Source of the DNA: Azolla caroliniana
Taxonomy: Eukaryota; Plantae; Polypodiophyta
NCBI GenBank assembly: GCA_043228905.1
Contig: JBHGNT010000008.1
Location: 19,902,001 to 19,966,000, forward strand
Reading direction: 5' to 3'
DNA: 64,000 nucleotides
Position numbers and translations under genes: made by a program. The notes under the pieces were generated by a model. It searched no databases. It was given only the letters and a program-made list of their open reading frames with translations, and was not told the DNA's origin. Shown in pieces: positions 39,101 through 52,300 of this stretch. Every line of letters begins with the position of its first letter. Position 1 is the first letter of the stretch.

Positions 39101-41818
39101 GTGATCTATTTATCACATATGTCGCCGTCGACAATGCCTCAGCCCAAAATTTCTTGGGTAGTTTTGCATGCGCTAGCATACTCTGGACCCTCTCCATTAT
39201 GGTCCGATTCATCCTCTCAGCCAGTCCGTTTAGTTCCGGCGTCTTCGGCACGGTAAATTCGAGCCAGATTCCCTTCGAGCGGCAGTACTCCTCGAACTGC
39301 CCCCGGTATTCTCCTCCATTATCTGCTTGAACCGCCTTCAGCTTCCGGCCGGTTTCGCTTTCCACTCTCGCGTGGAGCTTTTTGAAGATAGATAGCACCT
39401 GATCCTTCGTCTTCAACGGTGTGGCCCATAGCTTCCGGCTGTGGTCATCTATGAACGTCACGAAGTACTGCGCTCCAGCATGTGACTTCGTGTCTACTTG
39501 ACACACATCTGTATGCACCAACTGCAGTGGTGCATTACGTCTCATCGGTGGCCTTGGTCGGAAGGAGGTTCGGTTTTGATTACCGGCCAGACAATCAGTG
39601 CACTTCTCCAAGTGCACGTTCTTCACTGGAATGAGGTTGTCGTTTGCAAGCCTCTTCATCCCCTTCTTGCTCATATGACACAGCCTCTTGTGTCACACCT
39701 CACCGGCAGTGTCGGATGCCACGTTCACTTCCTCCGGACATAACCGGGCATTCATCAGGTACAGAGTGTTGACCTTTCGGGCCCGAGCCACAATCAAGCT
39801 CCCCTTGCTGAACTTCATAACACCGTTCCGGATGCTACTCATGTAGCCTTCATCATCTAGCCGACCGGCTGATATCAGGTTCAGACGAACCTCTGGAACG
39901 TGTTGGACATCCTTCAGCAGCAACTTGCATTCGGTTGGTGTTGTCAGCCACACGTCTCCTATGCCGACAATTCGGCATGTACCTTCATTCCCCATCCGGA
40001 CACAGCCATGATCATCGGCTGAGTAGGATGAGAAACATTTCCAGTCAGGGGTAAGGTGGAACGACGCTCCGGAGTCTACCACCCAGGTCATCTCGTCGCC
40101 GACAAGGTTTATCTTACTCTCCTCGGTGATGAGCATCAACTCCTCTTCACTTGCCGCGATTGCCATCGTTCCCTTCCGGTCCGGTCCCCTACAGTCTTTA
40201 CCGTTCCGGTCCGGTGTTCGCTTTGAATCGGTTCTGTCGGTTTCCTTGTCTTTATGGAAATGCCGACAGTTCTTCTGGAAGTTTCCCCGCTTGCTGCAAT
40301 AGAAGCAAGTAGGCCTCCCCCTTGACTTTGACCGTGTCCCCGACTTTTCCTGGTTCTGGGGGCTACGGTTCCTTTGTCTTCCGCGTTCCGATTCGGTAAG
40401 GAGCGCTTTGGAGTCGGAGCTCGTATCCTTATCTTTCCGACGCGCCTCCTCATCTAGCAGGCTCGACTTCACTCTTGCTAGGGATAACCGTTTCCCTTCC
40501 GGCCCGGCGTTGCCCAAAGTGACAACCAACATCTCCCAGCTATCCGGGAGGGAACCGAGCAGGAGTAGCGCTAGTAACTCATCGGCGAGAGGTACTTCCA
40601 GTGATGTTGCCTGGTGGAGCAGCCCTTGGAAGGCATTCATGTGCTCCGCCATGCTGGAGCCATCTTGGTATCGGAGCCTTACTAGCATCCGGAATACTGA
40701 AACCTGATTAACAACATTTTTGTTCTAGAACATAATGCCAATCTTCTCCCAGAGCTCATGAGTCTTGCTCTCTTCATTGAAGTTGTTGTATAGGCTCATG
40801 TCGATGAAGCACCGTATGTATGCCGTTGTATTCATGTGCATCACCTCCCATATTGCGGCGTCGATTTTGTCCGGTCTCTTGTCCCCGAACTTAACCACGA
40901 GCATGTCCCTCATCTTCGACTTCCACACTGAATAGTTGGAGCCGGTGAGCTTGAACATGGCGCCAAACGATTCGTCCATTTTCTGTGTCGTTTTGCTCTG
41001 ATACCACTTGTCAGGAACTAAACGCTCCCCTATACGCAACGCTCGGCCACAACCGAGCTTAGATTCATGCACAGAAAACGGGAAATGAAAGCACGACACA
41101 AAGAAGAGAAGAGTACACAGGAGGTTTACGTGGAAAACCCCAAACTAGGGAAAAAACCACGGCAGCCCACAGGTTGCAAACTATCACTATGTAAGAATGT
41201 ACAACAGTGAGTTCACGGAGGCAACGACCTCGTGCTCACAATCTTCGCCAAAGGCGGCGGTTACAACTGAGGCAACGACCTCTTTCTCTCTCTCTCTCTC
41301 TGTACACTGTTACGCGCTCTAATCTCGTGCAAAACAAGAATGACTACAACAACATTACAAAAGTTTGCCCTAAGTCATATTTATACTAATATGACTTTTT
41401 GGCTATTTACAAATATAGCCTCGATGGACTCTCAGAAGCATATTTACGAATATGTCTCTTCATCCGGTGAGCACTCCTCACCGGGTCTTCACCATCCGGC
41501 TCTCCGTAGCCGGGTACTCCTCATCCGGTTCTCACCGGGTCTGCACCATTCGACTCTCCATAGCCGGGTATTCCTCATCCGGTTCTCACCGGGTCTGTAC
41601 CATCCAGCTCTCCGTAGCCGGGTACTTCTCATCCGGCTCTCACCGGGTCTGCACTATCCGGCTCTCCGTAGCCGGGTACTTCTCATCCGGTTCTCACCGG
41701 GTCGGCACCATCCAGCTCTCCGTAGCCGGGTACTTCTCATCCGGTTTCGGCCTCGGCTGAGTTTGCTCATCAGCACTAATCTTCTCCCTTCCCATCCGGA
41801 GGGACCTGTCTCCCAACA
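36161..41818 (-). mobile_element. Full-length Ty1/copia (Tnt1/Tork-like) with 810-bp LTRs (3' 36161-36970; 5' 41009-41818)
   Basis: TSD AAGGG/AAGGG. PBS TGGTATCAGAGC (40995-41006, minus). PPT 36971-36980. Five 54-bp repeats in each LTR. Confidence 0.97.
36981..40978 (-). pseudogene. gag-pol of the 36161-41818 copia, broken by a few stops and frameshifts
   Basis: ORF pieces 40725-41099, 39693-40688 (VVDSGASFH), 37479-39674 (VHTDVC, ADNGGEY, AERMN, YVDD) and 36981-37331 (RNase H). Confidence 0.93.
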
Positions 41819-44800
41819 AAGGGTTGAGTGAAGAAGATGGAGAAAAGGAAGATATGGAAGACGACAAACAATCATTAGCAGCCAACTTCTGACGATGACT
41901 ACCAGACACAAAGGCGGGCTCGGACAGAGACAACCAACGTCGGACAGCCGGCCAAACAACCGGCGGACAGCGTCTGGTCGGCAAATAGGCAACGGCCAGA
42001 CAGAAGGTCCGATAGCCAGCCGAACAAAGAGACGGCGGCCAGACAGACGGCAATGACCCAAAGACACGCCTAGAGACATTCAGCCGCCGAATAGACAAAC
42101 GAACATGGCCAGAACGCAAAGACTGCCGGACACAGTCGACCGACGGACAACTTTGGCAGACAGTACAAGTAGAGCCGGCCAGTCAAGCAGACAACACCGG
42201 CCGACGTCCGACAGAGTCGACCGGAGAAAATGGTGACAAACGTCAAACATAGGGTCCCACAGGTGGCTGCCGAACAGAGCCGGCGGACGACGACAATGAC
42301 AGCCCATGGAGAGACGGCTATGGACAGCCTATGAACCAGGATGGCCACAGACAGACAACATGCAGGAGACGAAGATGATCATTACCACAACCACCACAGA
42401 AGATAGAGGAGAGGGTATGACAGAAGCAGAGAAGAAAAGAGGAGGAAGAAGAAGAAGACAAAGATGCACATAGAAAGCAAGAAGAAAGAAGAAAAGCCAA
42501 AAGAGGAAAAGCAAAAGAGCCAAAGAGATGGTCGGGTACACGAGAGACTCGGCTGAGCACAAAGGCGCGGAGATGGCCGATGCTGCTAGACACGCGCGAC
42601 CAAGAGCATGGTAGAGACGCGTGGCCGAAATCATGACCAACAAACGTGGCCAAAATGCACAGCCGAGACGTGTGGTCGAAGCGAAGCACGGTCAAGATGC
42701 GTGGCCGAAACGCACGGACCAGAATATGGCTGAGATGCACGGCCGAGAAGTACAACCAAGACGCGTGGCCGAGAGCACCGCCGAGATGCATGGCCGAGAA
42801 GCATGATCGAGACTCGCACTTGAGAGTACGGCCCAGATACATGCCCAAGAGTACGGCCGAGTGACAACCGTGAAGACAGCCAAGCAAAAGACGAAGAGCA
42901 AAGAAGAAAGAGAAGAGGCGTATGAAGAGAACATTTCAAAAATTGGAGGGCAAAATGCAAAATTTCAAAATTTCAAGGGCCGAAAATAAAATTTGAAAAA
43001 GAAAGAAAGAAAAAAAGCTTGAGGGTAAAAATTTTAGAGACCAAGGGTACAAAATACAAAACTCAATTCACATGAAGAAATTGAAAAATACACATACATG
43101 TAACAAAATCATGAAAGACCCGTGCCGCAATGGATGAGCCAATTGGTGTGTGATCCAATTGAGCGACATGTTGACCGAACGAGAAGGTTCAAGTCAAGCA
43201 ATGCTCCAATCGAAGTTATCGATTGTAGAGGTATGATCCGGTCGATGGATTTCCGACTGTTGAGACGACCGATTGAGTTCCGGTCGAGAAGAGTTTCCAT
43301 GGCGAGTGGGTTCACCGTGCAATGCACTGTCCCACATGCGTGCCATGTGTTACCCGTAGGAGTTGTACGGGGTGGTATAAGGGTAAAACACGTTAGAGGG
43401 GTTGTTCGGTATGTGTAATGTATATGAGTGTGAAGATGAGTATGTGTGAGCACATGCACAATTATGTGCATGTGACAAGAGTGTAACGGTCTCTTTTGTA
43501 ACGGTCATTATTTACCGTTACATTTTGTATTATATAAACCCCTTATGGGGCATGTAATGAATAGGCATTTTTCCCTCTTATTTTGGTGTCTTTGTGTATT
43601 TGTGTTTCTCTCTAGCTCTCTCATTATCGTAACCCCCTTGGGAGGGGGATGAAGCTATTCTAGGTTTCACCCCCCACCCCGACAACAGTGCGATGGTAGG
43701 TTGCTTCTTACTACTCCAAGATATTGCTCCGCTACCGAGTGAGAAGACAAACTTTGTAGCTTGCCTAGTCTACGTCTGTGTACCCTTCAAGTCATATTGG
43801 TGTGGCCAATGCGTAGAGAACGTTGTAATCCATTGTGTCGCTCACGTATCGTAATACTCGTTTAGTGCAATCCAAGTGAATGTCGCATGGTTTTTGCATG
43901 AATTGGCTAAGGAGTCCGACTGTATACCTAAGGTCGGGTCGAGTGATCGTGAGATAGATGAGGCTCCCGATCAATTAACGATATTGGGTCGGCTCACACT
44001 CTTCTGTACCGGAGTCGACATCCAATTTAAGGTTTCGATCGAGAGGGGTTGCCACAGATTTACACTGATTCATCCCAAACTTGTATAACAAGTTGAGGAT
44101 GTAGTACCATTGGGAGAACATAATGCCGGCCGGAGTCTGAATTACCTCGATGCCTAGGAAGTAATGAAGCTCCTTCATGTCCGTCATCTCGAATTTGTTG
44201 GATAGGAGAGACTTCACCTTGTTGATGTCGACTAGACTTTCACCTCCAATGACTAGATCATCCACGTATAGGATCATGATAATTAGGCTTCTAGAGTCGT
44301 ATCTTACGTAGAGGGAGTTGTCGGATTTTGACATTCGAAAGCCAATTTGATGAAGATATTGTGTAATCTTCGAATGCCAAGCACGCGGTGCTTGCTTGAG
44401 GCCGTAGAGAGGCTTCTTGAGTTGGCATACGGCTTTTGGATGAATGCGCGATTCAAAACTGGGTGGTTGTACCATGTACATCCCCTCGTCTAATTCTACT
44501 TGAAGAAAGGCATTCGTGACGTCCATTTGGTGGAGGTGCCACCCTTTTGCCGCTGCGAGTGCAATTATGGTCCGCACCGTCGTCATCTTTGCCACCGGGG
44601 CAAAGGTTTCTTCATATTCTACTCCATGTGTTTGTGTGTATCCTTTCGCTACAAGTCGAGCTTTGTAATGGTTTACGGAGCTGTCGGCATTATACTTCAC
44701 CTTGTAGATCCATCTACATCCGATCGCCTTCCTATGCGGTGAGTGGGAGAGAAGATCCAATGTGTCGTTCTTGCATAGTGCACACATCTCCTCGTTCATT

Positions 44801-47800
44801 GCTTCGATCCATCGCGGGTCCTTTGTGGCTTCGGAAAAGGTTTCTGGCTCCTATACTGTTGCGACCTTCATCATAAAGGTGTAATGGCACGCCATATACT
44901 CATCGTAGCCAAAGTGGATTACGGTGTTCTTTTCACGGCTGGATCAACGTAGCTTCTCGTTTGCGGATTCTAAGGCTTTCTTCACTCCATTTGTCCGGAT
45001 GTCAAGGCCTTTGAACTCACTATCGAGGGAGTGAGTCGATTCATTGCCATTGAAATGAGTGTCTTCATAGTCCGGCATTTTCGCCTTCCCTTTGTCCATC
45101 TTCGGACTCGATCGAGATGTGCTTTGATCGCTCAGGGGCTCTTGTGGCCCACTAAGCCTTGTCGTAATTGGGCTTTCTTCAAACATGCGCGTGAGTCGAT
45201 CTTCGGCTTCTATCTCTATTTCGGTGGAATCCGGCTTGAGCGAAATCGAAGTCGAAGTTGTCTCTGGTGCGTATCAAGATGCGGACTCGTCGAAAACGAT
45301 GTCTCAACTTATTCGAGATTTTTGAGTTGAGGGGTTGGAGCACTTGTACCCCTTTTGCTCCAGTGAGTATCCTACGAGGATACATTTTTCCGACTTTGGG
45401 TCAAGCTTTTGACGCTTCTTGTCGAGGATGTGCACGTACGCAATGGAGCCGAATATCCGAAACATGCGATAGGTCAGGCTTCTTTCAGAAAAACTTCTCG
45501 TGCGGAGTAAGTTCGTGCACACCCGATGTCGTACACCGATTCATGAGATAGACGGTCGTGTTAGCTGCTTCTGCCCAATACAATTTCGGCATGTGCTTTT
45601 CGTTAAGCATAGCCCGTGCCACTTCGAGGATGTGCCAATTCTTGCGTTCGGCCACTCCGTTTTGTTGCGGCGTATGTCGACACGAAATGCCAAAAATTCG
45701 TCTGAGAAGTACTCCTTGCCTCCATCCGACCAAAGACATCGTACATGTTGGCCTGTGGCTTTCTCGACTTCATTTTCTTAAATTTTTGGAAGTGTCCGAA
45801 CACTTCGCTCTTTTGTCGCATGGGGTAGATCCAGGTGTGCCTGGGGAAGTCGTCGATGAAGGCCTCGTAGTATCAGCATCCGCCGAATGTAGCCGTTTGA
45901 GTTGGACCCCATACATCGGAATAAATTATGTCAAGTACGCTTTTGCTCACGTTCCACTCCTTCAGAAACGGGAGCCGATGTTTTTTGCCGAATTGGAAAG
46001 TGGCCCACACGCCTTCAATCTCTTTCTCCGTGATGTTGGGAGCCCGATGACGACTCCTTTCGATTGCATTGTCTTAAGCTTTTGGAGGTTTATATGGCCA
46101 ATCCGCTTGTGTCATAACTCTATGTTGGATTCAATTTTCATGCCCTTTGCGAACATGGCCGATTTCATCTCGTGTGAGTCGAGAATAAACATTCGGCCCT
46201 CTTTTTCGATGAAGCAACTGCCTTGATTAAATCATACTTGCATTCCTTGCTCTACAATTTGGCCGATGGAGACCAAATTCTTCGTGATAGTTGGTACATG
46301 CAAGAAATTTTTAATATAAGTTTGCTTACCTTCTTCTCCGAACGAAACATTGCCGATGTGTCGAATCGGGTGCGTAGCGTCGTCTCCGGTTTCGACATAG
46401 CCAGGTCGGTCCGGCTCTCAAAGTTCTCGGAACCATTCTTGATGCGACGTCATATGGTTCGAGGCACCAGAATCGACGAGCTATACGTCTTCCAGACCGG
46501 AGGCACTAGTAGAAGTAGAGGCCGACATAGAATTTTCTCTCTGTCTCATCACGAACATTCAGCCACGATCCTCATAGTCGGAGTTGATGACGTAGTTGGT
46601 GAGTTGTCGGCTAGGGGACGCCGACTCGCGTATCTTCTTACGACATTCTTCTTCGTGGTGACCGATTTTTCTACAATATCCACATTAGACTAACCTTTGT
46701 CGGTTCGGACTGGAATGGAAGCTCCCCCTTCTTCTGAAGGTTCCTTGATGGATTCCATCTTGATGCTGAAATTGCGAGTTGTTTTCATAAGTCGGGCCTT
46801 GTCCGCCTCGTCCTTGGCTGAATCAGCCTCTTCTTGCACGGCCGCGTCCTCTTCCTCCGTCCGAATGCGTGTAGAGCATGTGGCCTTCCGAGGCGTTGCT
46901 CCTTGTTTGATTTCTTCGACCAACAACATAGATTGAAGATTGAAGGAGGGTGGATTCTCCCGTGCTGGTACGGCCGTCCGCATTGCGCCGAATCGTGGTG
47001 CAAGGCTATCGAGACATATTTGCACCATCTCGTCATCCTCCACATTTACGGTTATCGAGCCAAGCAAATCACAGGGCTCCTTGATCTTCAAGATGTAGCT
47101 CCTGACGGACATATCCCTTTGTTGGATATTATTCAACTCTTGGCGGAGTTGAAGCTTTCTCACGGTATTGTTGGCGGTGAAAATCTTTCGTAGATTCTCC
47201 TACGCTTCCTTCGGGGTCTTGGCTTCTCGAATGTACCTAAGCATGTGGTCGTGAACACATGTCACCAAGCAATACATCACTCGGCTTGCCGCTTGCTCCC
47301 ACGTTGCATAGTCGGCGTCTTCCGGGTTGGGCCAAATTTCTTGTGCTCCTTTGATGTAGCTCCAATAGACTTGGTCGATAAGGTATTGGTGCACCTTGTA
47401 CTCCCAAGATGCAAAGTTGTTGCGATCCAACTTCTCGCAAGGGAGAGCGCTCCCCATTTGAGTATTCATTGTCGATGTAGATTTCTTCCTTCTTTTCTTT
47501 TCCTTCTCTCTCGAACACGAGCTATGTAATCACACTACGATAGCGATGGGCCGGTTCTTCTTGAATGTCGATGTAGAACACAACACATGATCACGATGAG
47601 ACGACTAGGCTAGATCGAGCTACCAAATCGCTCCGATACCATGTAAAGAATCGATGGTGAGTCTTGTTTAGCGAAAGAGATGTGTGTTATGTGTATGTGT
47701 GAGAGGAAAGAGGAGAGCAGAGAAACACAAGATGGATAAGAAACAAAATGAAGTACTCAAGAAGAAGGAGATTTATATTAACAAGGAGAATATGATAAAT

Positions 47801-48634
47801 GAAAATGTAGCATTACAAGGAGTCACAACCGACTTAGTATGAAGTATGAGGAGGGTGCTTTATATAGAGTCACCCTCGCTCTTCATTAACTTTACAACAA
47901 CCACTCTCTCTCTTGGGGAATGTGAAGACTCATAGTCATGGGGAATATGTAACTCATTAGTTATGTGTCATAGAATATGATTCTATGACACATAGTTAAT
48001 GTGTAGAGAGTAGTGGTGTGACTCTTGACCTTTGAGTAATCATAGATTCTCAAAAGGTGTGTTCACATGTTGTGCTCTCTTGAGCTTGATTCTCAACACA
48101 AGTAAATTTTTAAGTATCATGGATTACTGGAAATCACCGTGTCTAACAAGGATCCTAGGTTCACGAGGGGATTTTGGCAAGAGTTGTTCCTAATTTTGGG
48201 GATGCAACTCCGTATATAAATATCAACACATCTTCAAACCAATGGATAGACTGAGAGGTTTAATCCCGGTATCAAATATTATATGCGTTGTTACGTCAAA
48301 GTGGATCAATCAGATTGGGTGGAGCATGTCGACATGCTTGATTTCTGCTACAACGCAACTATCCAGTCAACAATGGACTTCCTTCCATTCAAGCTATCAA
48401 TGGTTAAAGTTCTGACGTCAATTGCCTTGTTACATAGTACTAACAAAACACAAGCAGAAGAGCTCGATATAGCTAAGTTTTTAGAAGAATGGAAGGAGAG
48501 AATGCTAGCAGCATAAGTGCAAATTTTGACTAAGACAAAGTCTTAGATGATTAATCGGGTCAAAAAGAAATGTGAAAATGTGGAGTTTTTCTTAGGAGAT
48601 TTAGTATTAGTCAATGCAGTTAAATGGCCATTAT

Positions 48635-49322
48635 TGTTAAATATAATCAATGATCAGCCCCAAGTTGTAAATCTGTCCCCATATGTGCTTTTACAGTGCA
48701 CATTTTGTGATAGCACCCCAAATGAGAAGCGGCTAGTTTGCAACTCGACCATATGGATCGATAAGGTGTTAATCTAGGAAACCGTAGATGCGTAGGACAC
48801 AATGGATTTAGGAAAGAGCAAAATAGGTAATAGGATTGGCTAATGAAGTCAACTAGAATATTTTGTGGGCAAGTTACGATGTGTCATTGACTTCAAGATA
48901 AGTACTATCTAGGACTAGCCTGTATCTCGGGAGTTGGGTCATATTAAATGACAAGTCAGTTGACAGAAAATGAATATCTCCACTACTATCAACTGACTTG
49001 CACATTTAACGTTATACTCAGACCAAACCTAGAATATATTCCACTTTCTTACACAGTGGTTGGATTGATCATTAGTCCCCACTAATTTTGTAGTGAGCTG
49101 GTCCAGATCCCATGTAAGCTCTAAGGTGTGAGCACATGGGTGAACTAACATTGTGAGCTACTCTCATATGTGATAGAAGTTTTGTTTTCATATATCCATC
49201 TATGTGGTTGTAACTCTCTATACCTATCTAATCGATTCTCAATATTTCTAATAGTTATCTCAAGGTCTCACACCTAACTTCAACCATAGGTAATACGGTC
49301 CATACAAGATAACAAAACATAT
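48635..49322. mobile_element. Unclassified insertion, probably an LTR fragment
   Basis: Begins TGTTAA exactly where the chromovirus integrase reading (GDLVLVNAVKWPL) stops. Non-coding; the other end is not visible. Confidence 0.35.
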
Positions 49323-52300
49323 TGTTACGATCTCGGTCCCTCCAGATGGGATGATGAAGACCCGGTGAGAACCAGATGATGCAGACCCGGTGAGAACCGG
49401 ATAATGAGTACCCGGCAAGGAAGACCCGATGAGAACCGGATGTTGCAGGCCCGGTGAGAACCTCTCACCAGATAAAGGGACATATATGTAAATATGTTCC
49501 AGAGAGTCCACTGGGGCTATATTTGTCAATAGGCCGAAAGTCATATTAGTATAAATATGACCTAGGGCAAACTCTTGGTGGTAGTCGTTATTTTGTTGTA
49601 TAGAGTTATTGGTGTAACTGTTGTACAGAGCATAATAGAGGGAAAGAGAGAGAGAGAGAGAGAGAGAGTGGGACAGAGTGTGTCTCTATTGTAATTGGCG
49701 CCAAGCGAAGATTGTGAGTACGAGGTCATTGCCTTTGTGTTCCCATGTTGTATTCTCCTTACATAGTGATAGTTCGGAGTCTGTGGGCTCCCGTGGTTTT
49801 TCCAGTTTAGGGTTTTCCACGTTAACATCCTATGCATTCTCTTCTGTTTGTGTACTTACTTCCATTTCTCCATTTTTTACTGGGTTTGATTATCATTAAG
49901 TGATCTAAGTCTCGGTTGTGCCCGAAGATTATTCCACATATTCTCTACAATCTGGTATCAGAGCGAAATGACACAGGAAATGGAAGATTCATTTGGCGGC
50001 ATGTTCAAGCTCACCGGCTCCAACTACTCAATGTGGAAGTTGAAGATGAGGGACATGCTCGTGGTCAAAGACCTCTGCTTGCCGGTTCAGTTCGGGGACA
50101 AGAGACTGGACAAGATCGACACCATGGTGTGGGAGGTGATGCACATGAAGACAACGGCGTACATCCGGTGCTTCATCGACATGAGCCTATACAACAACTT
50201 CAATGAAGAGAGTAAGGCTCATGAGCTCTAGGAGAAGATCGACATTATGTTTTAGAACAAAAATGTTGTTAATCGGGTCTCAGTATTTCGGAAGCTAGTG
50301 AGGCTCCGATACCAAGACGGCTCCAATATGGCAGAGCACATGAATGCCTTCCAAGGGCTCATACACCAGGAAACCTCGTTGGAAGTACCTCTCTCTGATG
50401 AGGCACTAGCACTACTCCTGCTCGGTTCCCTCCCGGATAGCTGGGCAACGCTGGGCCGGAAGGGAAACAGTTATCCCTAGAAAGAGTCAAGTCGAGCTTG
50501 CCAGATGAGGAGGCGCGTCGGAAAGACAAGGATACGGGCTCCGACTTCAAAGCGCTCCTTTCCGAATCAGAACACGGAAGACAAAGGAACCGGAGTCCCC
50601 AAAACCAAGAAAAGTCGGGGACACGATCAAAGTCAAGGGGAAGGCCCACTTGCTTCTACTTTGGGAAGCCGGGGCATTTCCAGAAGAATTGTTGGCATTT
50701 CCGGAAAGACAAGGAAACCGACAATACCGATTCGAAGTGGTCACCGGATAGGAATGACAAAGACCAGAGAGGACCGAACCGGAAGGGAACGACGACAATA
50801 GCGGAAACTGAAGAGGAGTTGATGCTCCTCACCGAGGAGAGTGAGTTGAACCTTGCCAACGATGAGACAATGTGGGTTGTCGATTCCGGAGCATCGTTCC
50901 ACCTTACCCCGGACCGGAAATGCTTTTCATCCTACACATCCGGTGAGCACGGTTGTGTCCAGATGGGGAATGAAGGTACATGCAGATTTGTTGGCATAGG
51001 AGATGTGGCGTTGATAGCACCAACCGGATGCAAGTTGTTGTTGAAGAATGTCTGACACGTTTCAGAGGTTCGATTGAACCTAATATTAGGCGGTTGGCTG
51101 GATGACAAAGGCTACACGGGTAACATCTGGAACGGAGTCATGAAATTCAGCAAAGGGAGCCTGATAGTGGCTCGGGCCCGGAAAGTCAACAGGATGTATG
51201 CTAGCACATGCAAAATTACCCAAGACGTTTTGGGCTAAGGCATTATCGACAACGATGTATGTGATAAACATATCACCCTCGATGCCCTTGGACAGAGACA
51301 CGCCGCACGGAGTGTGGACCGGTAAGGAAGTGTCTTACCGGCATCTGAAGGTGTTCGGGTGTCTCGCTTATGTGCATCTTGCAAAGGACCGGAGAGCAAA
51401 GTTGGATCCAAAGTCCCGGCCTTGCATATTCCTCGAATACGGCGATGATGAGTTCGGCCACCGAGTGTGGGATCTGGTCGACAAGAAGGTTTTCCGGAGT
51501 CGAGATATTATCTTCATGGAGGACAAGACCCTTGCCAACTGGGAGTCAAAGAAGAAGGTAATGAACTCTGAGTCGACCGGTAAGAATCGATTTGATGATG
51601 TGTAGACCCAACCGGCAAAGAGCCAGTTAACACTCGAAGAACCGGCCGGTTACGGGGAGTACACCGAACCGGCAGAAGAAGGAGAGGAAGCAGGAACCGG
51701 AACCGACCAAGATCCCGAATCGGATTCGGATGAAGAACAAACAGAGGAGCCGGTTGCCGAAAGCCAAGGACGCAAATATCCTCTCAGAGAGAGAAGGCCC
51801 CCCCGGAGATTTCCGGATGTAGAGCGCGTGTTGCTAACCGATGAGGGGGAGCTGGAAAGCTTCGAAGAAGCAAAGGACACCCACCGCCGCAAGTGGTTGA
51901 GTGCCATGCAGGACGAGATGGATTCCCTGCATGAGAACCACACATACGAATTGGTAGAGTTGCCGAAAGGAAAGAGGGCACTCCGGAACAAGTGGTGTAC
52001 AAGTTGAAACCGGGAGATGCCGGCAACCCCCCAAGGTACAAAGCCAGGATCGTGGTGAAGGGGTTCCAACAGAAGAAGGGAGTGGACTTCGACAAGATAT
52101 TTGCCCCGGTAGTAAACATAACTTCCATCCAAATAGTGATGAGCATAGCGCCAAGCATGGATCTCGAGGTAGAGCAATTAGACGTGAAGATGACGTTTCT
52201 TCACGGTGACCTTGAAGAGGAGATCTACATGCAGCAACCGGAGGGATTTGTGAAGAAAGGGGAGAAGCTGGATCCCCGACAATGGTACCGGAAGTTTGAC

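Larger units (their letters stand above)
35487..43687 (-). mobile_element. Apparently non-coding (non-autonomous) LTR element with an Arg-type PBS; full LTR 43348-43687, partial LTR 35487-35680
   Basis: TGTTA...CAACA ends. TSD GTGCC/GTGCG splits the host copia KKQPTIA|LLSTEAEY. About 194 bp of direct repeat is shared. TGGCACGCATGTGGGAC (43329-43345, minus) lies 2 nt inside the LTR. No recognisable gag or pol. Confidence 0.75.
34512..48098 (-). mobile_element. Full-length but decayed Ty1/copia with 457-bp LTRs (3' 34512-34968; 5' 47642-48098), hosting the nested 35487-43687 element
   Basis: TSD CAAGT/CAAGT. PBS TGGTATCGGAGC (47630-47641, minus). PPT at 34969-34980. Gag LPCEKLDRNNFASW; RT YKARLVAKG and LYVDDL. 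About 14 LTR mismatches by eye. Confidence 0.95.

Noticed and set aside
36492-41831. Periodic ORFs (PALRSRVLLIRFSPGLHH etc.) and antisense ORFs over pol genes
   Set aside because: By-products of 54-bp LTR repeats and shadow frames of TE coding sequence.
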